A stretch of DNA of 64,000 bases from NCBI GenBank assembly GCA_035533655.1, contig DATLTJ010000053.1, positions 6,668 through 70,667 on the forward strand, given 5' to 3'. The stretch is from Candidatus Acidiferrales bacterium. GTDB taxonomy: Bacteria > Chloroflexota > Dormibacteria > Aeolococcales > Bog-877. The position numbers and the translations under genes were made by a program. Shown one piece after another: positions 19,748 to 28,403 of this stretch. Under the pieces are notes generated by a model that had not been told where the DNA came from, did no database searches, and saw only the letters and a program-made list of their open reading frames with translations. Each line of letters begins with the position of its first letter. Position 1 is the first letter of the stretch.

Positions 19748-22027
19748 TCAGGCTGGGATCGGCACCTCGGGAACGGTCTCCCGCTCATAAAGGCCCAGCT
19801 TGGCGATCCAGCCCTGGAGCGCCGGGGGTGCCCACCAATTGGCTCTGCCCAAAAGCCGCATCAAGGCCGGGACCATGATGCCTCGCACCAAGGTGGCGTC
19901 GACCGCCACCGCCACCGCCATCCCCACCCCCAGGGTCTGGATCTCCAGCACATCGCCGGCGGCAAAGGAGCTGAAGACGGTGATCATGATCAAGGCCGCC
20001 GAGGTGATCACCCCGCCCGTGACCGTCAGGCCGTGGGCGACGGCGTCTCGGTTGTCCCCGACCTCGCAGTAACGCTCCCGGATCCGGGACAGGAGAAAGA
20101 CCTCGTAGTCCATGGACAGGCCGAAGAGGATGGCGAACATCAGCACTGGAGTGGTGGCGGCGATGTTGCCAGCCGGGGTGAACTGGAGCACATTGGCGAG
20201 ATGGCCCTCCTGGAAGATCCAGACCATCACCCCGAAGGCAGCTGAAATCGAGATCAGGCTCATCAGCACCGCCTTGAGTGGAAGCAGGACGGAACCGAAG
20301 GTGAGGAAGAGCACCACCATGGTGACTACCACCACCAGCAGCACGGCCCAGGGGATGGTGGCCCCGAATGCGTGCAGGAAGTCCACCGACAAGGCTGCGC
20401 CTCCGGAGACCAGGGCCTGGGCCCGTGCTGGACCGGGGAGGACCCGCAGCCGGTGGACCAAGGTGGCGCCCTGGTTGGAGTCGGGGGAAGAGTCATTCGC
20501 CACCTCGAACTGGGCGATGGGTCCCGCGATGTTGCCGGCGATGTAGGTGTTGAGCTTCGAGCTCCGCTGCGCCACTGGCAGGGCGAGCTGCTGCAGGTAC
20601 GTCGCCTGGGCGACCCCGGGCGGCGGGGTAAGGGCTCCGGTGACTCCCTGCACCCCCGGGATCGCCCTGAGCTTGGTGAGGTAGGTCGCCAGCTGTTGCT
20701 GCTGCGGCAGGGTCAGGCGGTGATCGAGGGGGGAGTTGTATCTCAGCACCAAGTTGAGGTCGTCCACCCCTCCCGCTTGAGGGAAGTCGTAGTTGAGCAG
20801 CGCGTAACCGGTCCGCGCCTCCCCCGAAGGGATGTTGGCGACGTCGCTGCCGGTCGACAGCCGGAGGTGGAGAAAGGGAGTTCCCATCAGCAGCAGGAGG
20901 GCAACGGTGGGTACGGCGATCGCGATCGGCCGGCGCATCACCGCACGCGCCACCCAGCCCCAGAAGGTGGAGGTTCGGGCGGGACGGAGGTGGGCTCCCC
21001 GCAGGCTGCGGCGCAGCGTCAGCCAGTTGACCCGCGGTCCCAGGAGCCCCAGGAGCGCCGGTAGTGCGGTTAGGGCGAAGAGCAGGGTGAAGGCCACCAC
21101 CAAGACCCCGCCCACGCCCATGCTGACCAACGCGGAGGCGGGAAAGAGGGTCAGTGAAAGTAGGCCGATTCCGACCGCGGTCCCGGAGACCGCCACCGCC
21201 TTTCCGGCAGTTGCGGTGGCGATGCGGACGGCCTCCGCAGAATCGTGACTGGGGATCTCCTCGCGGAACCGCTTGACAAAGAACAGCGAATAGTCGATGG
21301 CTAGCCCGAGACCGATGATGGTCGCCACGTTGGTCACGAAGATCGACATGCCGAAGTGCGCCGCCAGAATCTTGATCACCGCCAAGGAGGTGGGCACGGC
21401 CAGGCCGGCGATCACTAGAGGGAGCAGCGCCGCCATGACTGACCCGAACACCAAAAACAGCAGGACGAGGGAGATCGGCAGTGCAATCAACTCGGCGTGC
21501 TGCAGCTGCCTCTCCAGGGCGGAGTTGTAGAGCGCGTCGATGGGGGCCGAGCCGCTGATGTACATCTGCAGCCCCGAAGGCCGCTTGATGAAGGCCTTGA
21601 GGTGGTTGAGATGGGAGGTGGCCGCGGTCTCGCTCAGCTTGAGGTTGACTACCGCGAAGGTGTCGTGCCCGTGATCCCCGATGAAGATGCTCTCGCGAGT
21701 GTTGGTGTAGTCCAGCACGCTGCCGGTGAACGGTTGCCGAGCCAGCCGCTGGAAGGAGTCGTTCACCTTGGCCTGCACTGCCGGCGACGCGGCGTCGGCC
21801 GTCGCGCTGTGGAACACCAGCAGGAACTGCGTGGCGGAGTTGCCGAAGTAGCGAGATAGGAGGTTGGCGGCGTTCTGGCTCTGCGAGCCGGGGACTGAGT
21901 AGCCACCCGACGTGAACTGCCCACCGAACGGCCCCGAGAGCCCGACCAAGATCACCGTCAAGGCGACCGCCCCCACCACGATGAACTTGCGAAAGCGAAA
22001 TGCGAAGTCGCCCAGACGCCGGAACAT
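19748..22027 (-). CDS. MMPL family (RND superfamily) transporter
   Basis: 759 aa built as two 6-TM bundles, each preceded by a soluble loop. N-terminus MFRRLGDFAFRFRKFIVVGAV is typical of MMPL. Confidence 0.85.
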   Translation of the reverse strand: MFRRLGDFAFRFRKFIVVGAVALTVILVGLSGPFGGQFTSGGYSVPGSQSQNAANLLSRYFGNSATQFLLVFHSATADAASPAVQAKVNDSFQRLARQPFTGSVLDYTNTRESIFIGDHGHDTFAVVNLKLSETAATSHLNHLKAFIKRPSGLQMYISGSAPIDALYNSALERQLQHAELIALPISLVLLFLVFGSVMAALLPLVIAGLAVPTSLAVIKILAAHFGMSIFVTNVATIIGLGLAIDYSLFFVKRFREEIPSHDSAEAVRIATATAGKAVAVSGTAVGIGLLSLTLFPASALVSMGVGGVLVVAFTLLFALTALPALLGLLGPRVNWLTLRRSLRGAHLRPARTSTFWGWVARAVMRRPIAIAVPTVALLLLMGTPFLHLRLSTGSDVANIPSGEARTGYALLNYDFPQAGGVDDLNLVLRYNSPLDHRLTLPQQQQLATYLTKLRAIPGVQGVTGALTPPPGVAQATYLQQLALPVAQRSSKLNTYIAGNIAGPIAQFEVANDSSPDSNQGATLVHRLRVLPGPARAQALVSGGAALSVDFLHAFGATIPWAVLLVVVVTMVVLFLTFGSVLLPLKAVLMSLISISAAFGVMVWIFQEGHLANVLQFTPAGNIAATTPVLMFAILFGLSMDYEVFLLSRIRERYCEVGDNRDAVAHGLTVTGGVITSAALIMITVFSSFAAGDVLEIQTLGVGMAVAVAVDATLVRGIMVPALMRLLGRANWWAPPALQGWIAKLGLYERETVPEVPIPA

Positions 22028-22058
22028 CTTTCGTCGCCCTCCGGGCTAGGTCTTGGCC

Positions 22059-22080
22059 GCTGAATGAATGTTCATTCAGC
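22059..22080. promoter_or_regulatory. perfect palindrome gctgaatgaa-tg-ttcattcagc, candidate TetR operator
   Basis: 10-bp arms with a 2-bp centre, read directly. It sits in the 115-nt divergent spacer between the MMPL start (22027) and the TetR start (22143). Confidence 0.6.
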
Positions 22081-22142
22081 TAGATTATGGGGAGTACTTG
22101 GGCGGACTTGTCAAAGCCGCCACCCGGGAAGGAGCGTGACCT

Positions 22143-22772
22143 TTGGGAACGGCTGAGGCGATTGTGGCCCCGACTCACGCTGACCAGGTCCGCCAGCGGA
22201 TCTTGGATGGGGCCGCGCGCGCCTTCTCGGTTTCTGGCTTCCAGGGCACCAGCGTCCCTGACATCGCCGCCGAGGTGGGGGTCTCGGTCGGCCTGCTCTA
22301 CCGCTACTTCCCGAGCAAGGCCGATCTCTTCACCGCCATCTGCTTGTCCGAGTTGGAGTCTGAGATGGTCGCCCTCACTCGGCAGCTCTCCGAGATCGCC
22401 AACCCCACCGAGCGGCTGCGCCAGGGGGTCGAGTTCTACCTCCGCCAGATGCAGCAGAAGCAGGGCGCCGGGGTCATCCTGGGGGCGCTGGCGGAGGCCC
22501 CCGCTAACGACGAGGTGCGCGCGGTGATGCGGCTCCGCGCCACCACCATCCGCGACTTCGTCCGAGGCTATCTCGAAGACGGGGTCAAGGCAGGCGAGGT
22601 GCCCGCCACCGCTCCAATTGGAGATTTCACCGAGGCGATCGCCATGCTGCTGGACGGGGTGGTGACGGTGTGGGCGCTGTCCGGGCCCGACCTCGACCTG
22701 CTGGCGGTGCGCGACGCCATCGTCAGCCTGCTGGCGGCCGCCCTGCAGACTCCCGGTTCGCCGACTCCGTGA
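22143..22772 (+). CDS. TetR/AcrR family transcriptional regulator
   Basis: HTH segment GFQGTSVPDIAAEVGVSVGLLYRYFPSKADLF. TTG start. Confidence 0.85.
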   Translation: MGTAEAIVAPTHADQVRQRILDGAARAFSVSGFQGTSVPDIAAEVGVSVGLLYRYFPSKADLFTAICLSELESEMVALTRQLSEIANPTERLRQGVEFYLRQMQQKQGAGVILGALAEAPANDEVRAVMRLRATTIRDFVRGYLEDGVKAGEVPATAPIGDFTEAIAMLLDGVVTVWALSGPDLDLLAVRDAIVSLLAAALQTPGSPTP

Positions 22773-23910
22773 GGCCGGTCTGGACCAGCGCCTGAGTCAG
22801 GTCCTGGAGCAGGTCGTCCGGGTCCTCGACCCCGACTGAGAGGCGCAGCAGGCCCGCAGCCAGGTACTCTTCGCCGGCCCAACGGGCCCGTCGTTCCAGC
22901 AGCGATTCGACCGAGCCCAGGCTGGTGGAGTTGGTCCAGATCTGGGTAGCGGTGCAGACCCTCTCCGCCGTCGCCGCGTCGCAGTCCAACTCGACCGCGA
23001 GCATCCCCCCAAATCCACCATTCATCTGGCGCTCGGCCAGCTCATGTTGAGGGTGGTCGACAAGTCCTGGATAGTGCACCCGCACCACTCCGGGGATTTT
23101 CTGCAAGCGCTCCGCCAACAGCGCGGCGGTCGCGACCTGTCGCCGCAAACGCACATCCAGGGTGCGCAGTCCGCGGAGCGCCAACCAGGTTTCGAGCTGG
23201 CCCGGGATGGCCCCGGTGTTAGTCCGTTGGTATCGCAGTTTTGGCAGTAAATCACTGTTGTTCGTGACGACAAGTCCCAACATCAGGTCACTGTGTCCGC
23301 CGATGTACTTGGATACCGAGTGCACCACTGCGTCCGCTCCCAAACGCAACGGCTGCACCAGCAGCGGGGTGGCGAAAGTGTTGTCGACCACGGCGATCGC
23401 GCCAGCCTCGCGGGCGATCTCGGCGCAGCGCCGGAGGTCGGCCACAGTGAGCAGTGGATTGCCCAACGACTCGATCAGCAGCAAGGCCGCCCCCTGGCAG
23501 GCGCGGCGCACCGAGTCGAGGTCGGTCGCATCGACCAACTCAGTGGTGCAGCGCCCCGCTTGGGACAGGTGCCGGAGGAGCTCCCGGCTGCCGGTGTAGG
23601 CATCCTGGGCCACCACGATCTTGTGCCCGACGCCACAACTCTCCACCACCGCGGCGATGGCGGCCATCCCCGAGCCGAAGGCGACCGCGCCCTGGCCCTC
23701 TTCCAGCTCGGTGAGCGCCTCCTCGAGGCGCTCCCAGTTCTCGTTGTGGTCGCGCCCGTAGGAGTAGCCGAGGGGGTTGCCGTGGCCGAACACGACCGAC
23801 ATCGGCAGCGGCGGGACCAGGGCCTGGCTCTGGCCGACTGGACCGTTGCCGGCGTGAACCACCCGGGTGGCGATCCGCGCCCGGTCCGCGTCGGAGCGGA
23901 TGGTGCTCAC
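22723..23910 (-). CDS. Cys/Met-metabolism PLP-dependent enzyme (cystathionine gamma-synthase/lyase family)
   Basis: PLP-lysine motif HSVSKYIGGHSD, plus ESLGNP and LGSVESL. The GTG at 23910 lies 7 nt after the upstream stop. Confidence 0.85.
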   Translation of the reverse strand: MSTIRSDADRARIATRVVHAGNGPVGQSQALVPPLPMSVVFGHGNPLGYSYGRDHNENWERLEEALTELEEGQGAVAFGSGMAAIAAVVESCGVGHKIVVAQDAYTGSRELLRHLSQAGRCTTELVDATDLDSVRRACQGAALLLIESLGNPLLTVADLRRCAEIAREAGAIAVVDNTFATPLLVQPLRLGADAVVHSVSKYIGGHSDLMLGLVVTNNSDLLPKLRYQRTNTGAIPGQLETWLALRGLRTLDVRLRRQVATAALLAERLQKIPGVVRVHYPGLVDHPQHELAERQMNGGFGGMLAVELDCDAATAERVCTATQIWTNSTSLGSVESLLERRARWAGEEYLAAGLLRLSVGVEDPDDLLQDLTQALVQTGLTESANRESAGRPPAG

Positions 23911-23917
23911 GGACGGC

Positions 23918-24817
23918 TCAATTAGAGGCCGGCCGGCGGGCTCGGAGCAGCACCTCTCGGGCCATCCGACCGTGCGCCTCGTCCACCATCTCTTCGCCCA
24001 TCCGCGAGGCCCCGCCGCGATCATCCAGCGCGGCGAGAATCTGCTCGGCCCGAAGGATCTGCTCGGCGTCCGGAGTGAAGGCGCGGTTCACCGTCGCCAG
24101 CTGGGAGGGGTGGATCACCCACTTGCCGTCGTACCCCAGCTGGGACGCCTTGAGAGACGAGCGCTCGAGTAAGGCCAGGTCGGCAATGTCAGAGCAGGGC
24201 CCGTCGATCGCCTGCAGGCCATGAGCCTTGGCGGCGACCGCAATCCGGAATAGGGCGTAGTGCCAGATGTCCCCGGGGTAGCCGGCGGTGTCCTGCCCGA
24301 TGGTCAGCTGAGGCATCCCCATGGCGGCCGCGAAGTCGCCGGGTCCGAAGATCAGCGCCTCGGTCCGCGAGGACGCGGCGGCGATCTGCCCGACTGACTC
24401 GAGACCAGCCGGATCCTCGATCTGGAGTTCTAGCCCGAGCGGGCGGGAGACCTCGCCCGCCGCCTCCAGCCCGGTTAGCAGGTGGTCGATGAAGGCGACC
24501 TCGCCCACCGAGCTGACCTTCGGCACCACCAAACAGGAGATCCGATCGGCCACGCGGGGGACCAACGCCACCAGGTCGGGGACCGCATGGGGGCCCCGCA
24601 CCCTGTTGATCCGAACCGCGACTGTCCGGCCGCCGAAATCGAGCTCTTGTAGGGTCTCAACCAGCAGGCCCCGGGCCCGCTCTTTCTCAACCGGGTCGCT
24701 GGGAACCGCGTCCTCCAGGTCCAGGACCACCTCGGCGGCATCCAGGGTGGTCGCTTTCTCGGCCATCCGCCGGCTGCTCCCGGGCAGCACCAGAACCGAG
24801 CGCCGGGAGCGGTTCAC
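23918..24817 (-). CDS. HpcH/HpaI aldolase / citrate lyase beta (CitE)-like CoA-ester lyase
   Basis: 299 aa with VLDLEDAV, VRINR and GKWVIHPSQ, typical of the CitE/malyl-CoA lyase family. Confidence 0.8.
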   Translation of the reverse strand: MNRSRRSVLVLPGSSRRMAEKATTLDAAEVVLDLEDAVPSDPVEKERARGLLVETLQELDFGGRTVAVRINRVRGPHAVPDLVALVPRVADRISCLVVPKVSSVGEVAFIDHLLTGLEAAGEVSRPLGLELQIEDPAGLESVGQIAAASSRTEALIFGPGDFAAAMGMPQLTIGQDTAGYPGDIWHYALFRIAVAAKAHGLQAIDGPCSDIADLALLERSSLKASQLGYDGKWVIHPSQLATVNRAFTPDAEQILRAEQILAALDDRGGASRMGEEMVDEAHGRMAREVLLRARRPASN

Positions 24818-25188
24818 TCAGGCTGGTCCTTCCCTGGTTCCTCGCCTTGGCCCAGTCGCTGCATCAGGTCCTCGATCATCCGCCGGGCCTCGGGGTCGTC
24901 CATCAGCCGCTGCCGAACAGCCTCGGCGGCCTGACGCATCTGGGGGTCGTCCATCAGCCGCTCCTGCATCTGGGAAAACTGGCTAAGCATCTCCTTGGCC
25001 GCGGTCTCGTTGGCCACCTGGAGCAAAACCGGCTGGGAGGCCGCAGCAACCACCGCCTCCATCTGCTGGCGGACCATCTCGATGCCCTTACAGCCGAGGC
25101 ACTCGCCGCGCAGCTGACAGTGGCAGACCGCTCGCTTGATCGTGTCGAGCTCGCGGTGAATTCCGCTCAGGTCGACTGGCTCAGCCAC
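24814..25188 (-). CDS. hypothetical protein with a CxC-x5-CxxC motif and an internal RLMDDP repeat
   Basis: 124 aa with a GTG start. Its stop overlaps the CitE-like start by 4 nt. It carries CHCQLRGECLGC and a duplicated RLMDDP(Q/E)xR segment. Confidence 0.5.
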   Translation of the reverse strand: MAEPVDLSGIHRELDTIKRAVCHCQLRGECLGCKGIEMVRQQMEAVVAAASQPVLLQVANETAAKEMLSQFSQMQERLMDDPQMRQAAEAVRQRLMDDPEARRMIEDLMQRLGQGEEPGKDQPE

Positions 25189-25211
25189 TGATCAAGCCTA
25201 TCCCACCGCTC

Positions 25212-25496
25212 CTAACCACTGAGCAGGAGTGAGTCCTGCTCAGTGGGCGACCCCGAACGGTCCTGGGCCGCCTGGATGCCGGGAGGGATCCGGTCGGCTC
25301 GCTGATCGTGCGAGGACACCAGCGCATACAACCCAACACCGCCTGGGGAGTTACCGCTGCGTACCGCCTCCGGAGCCACCAGGATCGAGCGGGAGGTCAC
25401 CCTCACGACAGGGACCGCCAGGGTCCCTTCCCGGAGCCACCGGTACCCGGTCGGCGGACAAATTCCCTGGACCTTCGCCCATTGGGTCAGGTTCAC
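25212..25496 (-). mobile_element. IS607-family serine-recombinase transposase, N-terminal fragment (remnant)
   Basis: MNLTQWAKVQGICPPTGYRWLREGTLAVPVVRVTSRSILV is a MerR-like HTH. GVGLYALVSSHDQRAD matches the catalytic-serine motif (YARVSSxDQ). Similarity ends after about 65 aa, and there is no room for the rest of the gene or for tnpB. Confidence 0.65.
25216..25246. repeat. perfect 12-bp inverted repeat (ccactgagcagg – 7 nt – cctgctcagtgg)
   Basis: Read directly. It sits exactly where the IS607-type transposase fragment loses homology, 28 nt upstream of the 25188 start. Confidence 0.9.
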
Positions 25497-25573
25497 CCCG
25501 TAATTTTGCTCAATAGAACATCTGCATGCGAGCTATCACACACTTATCTCGCAACGGTTGCGCACCCCTTGGT

Positions 25574-26377
25574 TCAGGGGGGTGGCTGGATGGGCCGGCG
25601 GGCCCGGATCAGGGCGTGCCAGTAGCGATGGTAGAGACGGCCCTCGCGCCACTGCGCCAGCAGCTGACCGCGCACCGCCTGGGGGGCGGACTCGTAGTAG
25701 TCAAGGAGCTGGCGCTTGCGCTTGTCCGGGACTTTGGCGAGATCGAACCAGGCCAGGATGTCCTTCTCCTGCTCGATGCGCTCGGCATGCTCGACGGTGA
25801 AACCCAGTGAGCTCAGCAGAGCGCGCCACTCCTCGAGAGCCCGGCTGCGGAAGTGGGACGGGTCACGGCCGATCTCAACCACCTCCAGCCAGTCGCGGAC
25901 CACCGGCGGCGGGGAGCAGTCGCTGACCGCGAAGACACCCCCCGGGCGCAGGACCCGGAAGGCCTCGCTGAGGGCGGTGATCAGTTGATTGAAGTGGTGG
26001 GGCGCGGAGCGGACCAGCACCCGGTCGAAGCTGCTGGCCGGGAAGGGGAGCTGCTCGGCATCACCGCGCACGAAGGTGACGTTGCGGATCTCCCGCTCAG
26101 CAGCGAGCTGCTTGGCCTGCTCGAGCATCGGCGCGGTGATGTCCAGTCCGACCACCTCCGCCACCTGGGGGGCCGCCGCTAGGGCGACGTTCCCCGTGCC
26201 GGTCGCCACGTCGAGGACTCGGTGGTTGGGCCGCAGCTCAGCCAAGGCCAGGAACCGGGCCAGCGAGACCGGGTCGGCGTGGGTCGGACTCTGGCGGTAG
26301 GCCTCGGCTACCTGGGAGAACTGGCGCTGACTATCGGTGAGGTCATCCCCCTCCGGTTGGCCTGGGTCACCAGTCAC
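25574..26377 (-). CDS. class I SAM-dependent methyltransferase (Methyltransf_11/UbiE-like)
   Basis: Motif I VLDVATGTG, then GLDITAPML and GDAEQLPFPASSFD. The GTG start overlaps the stop of the upstream gene. Confidence 0.8.
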   Translation of the reverse strand: MTGDPGQPEGDDLTDSQRQFSQVAEAYRQSPTHADPVSLARFLALAELRPNHRVLDVATGTGNVALAAAPQVAEVVGLDITAPMLEQAKQLAAEREIRNVTFVRGDAEQLPFPASSFDRVLVRSAPHHFNQLITALSEAFRVLRPGGVFAVSDCSPPPVVRDWLEVVEIGRDPSHFRSRALEEWRALLSSLGFTVEHAERIEQEKDILAWFDLAKVPDKRKRQLLDYYESAPQAVRGQLLAQWREGRLYHRYWHALIRARRPIQPPP

Positions 26378-27927
26378 AAGGGATGGCCGGACAGCAAGGT
26401 GTCCAGCGGGGTCGGCTCCAGATCCTGCGGGCCGCCGAACCGCACGTCTATCTCGGCCTCTAAATCCTTCACCAGGTCGCGCAGCTGCCCCAGGTCGGAG
26501 GTCGGGGCATTGCCGTTGGCGTAGGCGCCAACCAGCTTGCCGTCCTCGAAGAGGGCGACGCCGATGCCGTCCTGGGCGTGCACGATGAGGCCGCCGCTGC
26601 TGGAGTACTTGCTGAGGTAGCTGCGGAGCCCCTCCAAGTTGACGAACATCGCCCCCAGCCCCGCGAAGCGAAGCGGGGCATGCAGCACCAAACCCAGTCC
26701 CCTTGCGATCTGGCGCGGGTAGGTAATCACGTTGATGGTGTCCTGGCTGTTGGGGAAGTTGGGAAAAGAAATCCGGTTGGTGGTGGTGATGCTCCCCTGG
26801 TGGTCGCTGGCGACCGCCACCACGTAGCCATCGACCAGGACGACGTAGCTGTTGCTCCCGTCGACCCCCTGCACGTGGAGTACCCCGGTGTGTCCCTCGC
26901 CGGCCAGATGGCGCAAAAGTCGGGCCGGATCGGTGAATCCGGCCCTCAGGTTGCGGAAGACCACCTCACCCTCAGGCAGGGGGAAGGAACGGGTCTGGAG
27001 GACTGCCACCGGGGCGGGGCTCGGCTCCGTCGAGATGGGTGGGGCCGGCTGATAGATGACTGCCTGCTCCACGACTGTAGTCGCGCTCGTCCACGGCTCC
27101 TCGGGCCCAGTGCCCAACTCGTCGTCCGCCTGAGGGGTTTCGGGTTGGATCTCCTCGAGCTCGTCGATCTCCTCTAAATCGGCGACCGGGTCGGTTAGGC
27201 TATCCGCCACCACTGGGGCGTCGCCGGCCGGGGGATCAGCGGGCAGCGTCCAGGGAGCGGTCTCCTCCGCGGCGCCGGATTGGAGCCAGGCTAGGTTGTC
27301 GGGATGGTCCTCTTTGGGGTCGACCACGGCCGGGGTGAAGGTCGCTGGCTCGTCGTCGGTGCTGGCTGATCCCCAAGGCGCGCGCTCCGCCGGCTCCAGG
27401 GCGGATCCACCGGGACTGGGAGCTTCCGGCACTTCGAAACTACGGTCACGCCAGGCGGGGAGATCGACCTCAGCGGGAGTGTCAGCCACCGAGTCGGCGG
27501 CGGGCTCCTCGGGGGTTGCCTCCTCGACGCTCGAGTCGAGCGGCCGCCAAGAGCCCACGGCGTCCTCGGTGGCAGCGTCTTCGGCCGGATCAGTGTTCAA
27601 CCCGGCAGCTCCCAGCGCGGAAGGGATCGGTGGGAGCTGGTCCAAGTCTGGGTCGGCGTCCGTCCCGGACCCCTCCTCGGCCACTGCGTCATCGTCGTCC
27701 TTGCTGTCCTTCTTGCGCCCGAACGCCAGGTGCATCGTGGGGACCGCCAGTGGGATCTCCCGGACGGGCCGCGGCAGTCCCCCGACCGGTATCGGCACCA
27801 GGGCCGGCTCGAGGTGCTGCCGGCCAGCGCCATCTAGAACTCGAAGGGCCCCGCGCAGTCGCTCCAGCTCAGAGCGCAGGATGGCGACCGGCGATGGTGA
27901 GCTGGATCGACGCTGAGGACGCTTCAT
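26374..27927 (-). CDS. hypothetical protein: long acidic Pro/Asp/Glu-rich region plus a C-terminal globular domain
   Basis: 517 aa, or about 453 aa from the ATG at 27735. Residues about 70-300 are low-complexity and acidic. The C-terminal roughly 200 aa (HTGVLHVQG…YVVLVDGYVVAV…GGLIVHAQDGIGVALFEDGKLVGAY) look like two DUF4388-like modules. That assignment is tentative. Confidence 0.6.
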   Translation of the reverse strand: MKRPQRRSSSPSPVAILRSELERLRGALRVLDGAGRQHLEPALVPIPVGGLPRPVREIPLAVPTMHLAFGRKKDSKDDDDAVAEEGSGTDADPDLDQLPPIPSALGAAGLNTDPAEDAATEDAVGSWRPLDSSVEEATPEEPAADSVADTPAEVDLPAWRDRSFEVPEAPSPGGSALEPAERAPWGSASTDDEPATFTPAVVDPKEDHPDNLAWLQSGAAEETAPWTLPADPPAGDAPVVADSLTDPVADLEEIDELEEIQPETPQADDELGTGPEEPWTSATTVVEQAVIYQPAPPISTEPSPAPVAVLQTRSFPLPEGEVVFRNLRAGFTDPARLLRHLAGEGHTGVLHVQGVDGSNSYVVLVDGYVVAVASDHQGSITTTNRISFPNFPNSQDTINVITYPRQIARGLGLVLHAPLRFAGLGAMFVNLEGLRSYLSKYSSSGGLIVHAQDGIGVALFEDGKLVGAYANGNAPTSDLGQLRDLVKDLEAEIDVRFGGPQDLEPTPLDTLLSGHPL

Positions 27928-28050
27928 GGGACTTGCTCCACTGGTGCGTCCGGCTGGACAGGCGAACAGTTCGCGCCACCGAGAGTTCCTACCAGACGTT
28001 TCACTTGCGAAGTGTAGCCGCGCCGGTCGGCAATTGCTCCCTATCAGCGG

Positions 28051-28305
28051 CTAGCCGGCCCCTAGTCGGCGCGTCGCGGATTTGACTCGGGTAAGTGAGT
28101 CGCGCCCGCGCCGCACCTTCTCCACGATCTCCTGACCACTCTGGTGCCCGATGAACCGCCGGAGATCGTCGTTCCAGTCCTCGGCCCTGGTATCGATGGC
28201 CTCGATCAATTGCGGGACCGAGGTGAAGACTTTTCGGCGGAGTCGCCGCTCGGTGAGCTCACCGAACCGGCCCGCCCCGCCGAGGTTTGTGTTTCGCCAA
28301 GTGCG
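28051..28305 (-). mobile_element. IS630-family DDE transposase, C-terminal fragment (remnant)
   Basis: My minus-strand translation gives RFGELTERRLRRKVFTSVPQLIEAIDTRAEDWNDDLRRFIGHQSGQEIVEKVRRGRDSLTRVKSAT. It resembles the conserved IS630 C-terminus (…FxELTxxxLRRGxFxSVxELxxAIxxxxxxWNDDPxPFxWTKxAxEIxxKVxRG…). It is bounded upstream by an in-frame stop, and no catalytic core is present. Confidence 0.6.
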
Positions 28306-28403
28306 CTAGCCTCATCCGGCGTCGCGAATGTTGGCGCCCGGCTGCGCCCGCTTGTTGCGCGTCAGGGCCGAGTTGTGCGCCGGATCGGATGAGCATGAAG
28401 GGC

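Noticed and set aside
26900-27700. Repetitive DNA or a CRISPR-like array in the acidic region of the 517-aa gene (and similarly at 40000-40800)
   Set aside because: There are no regularly spaced identical repeats. The periodicity is only compositional (Asp/Glu/Pro codons) within an open reading frame.
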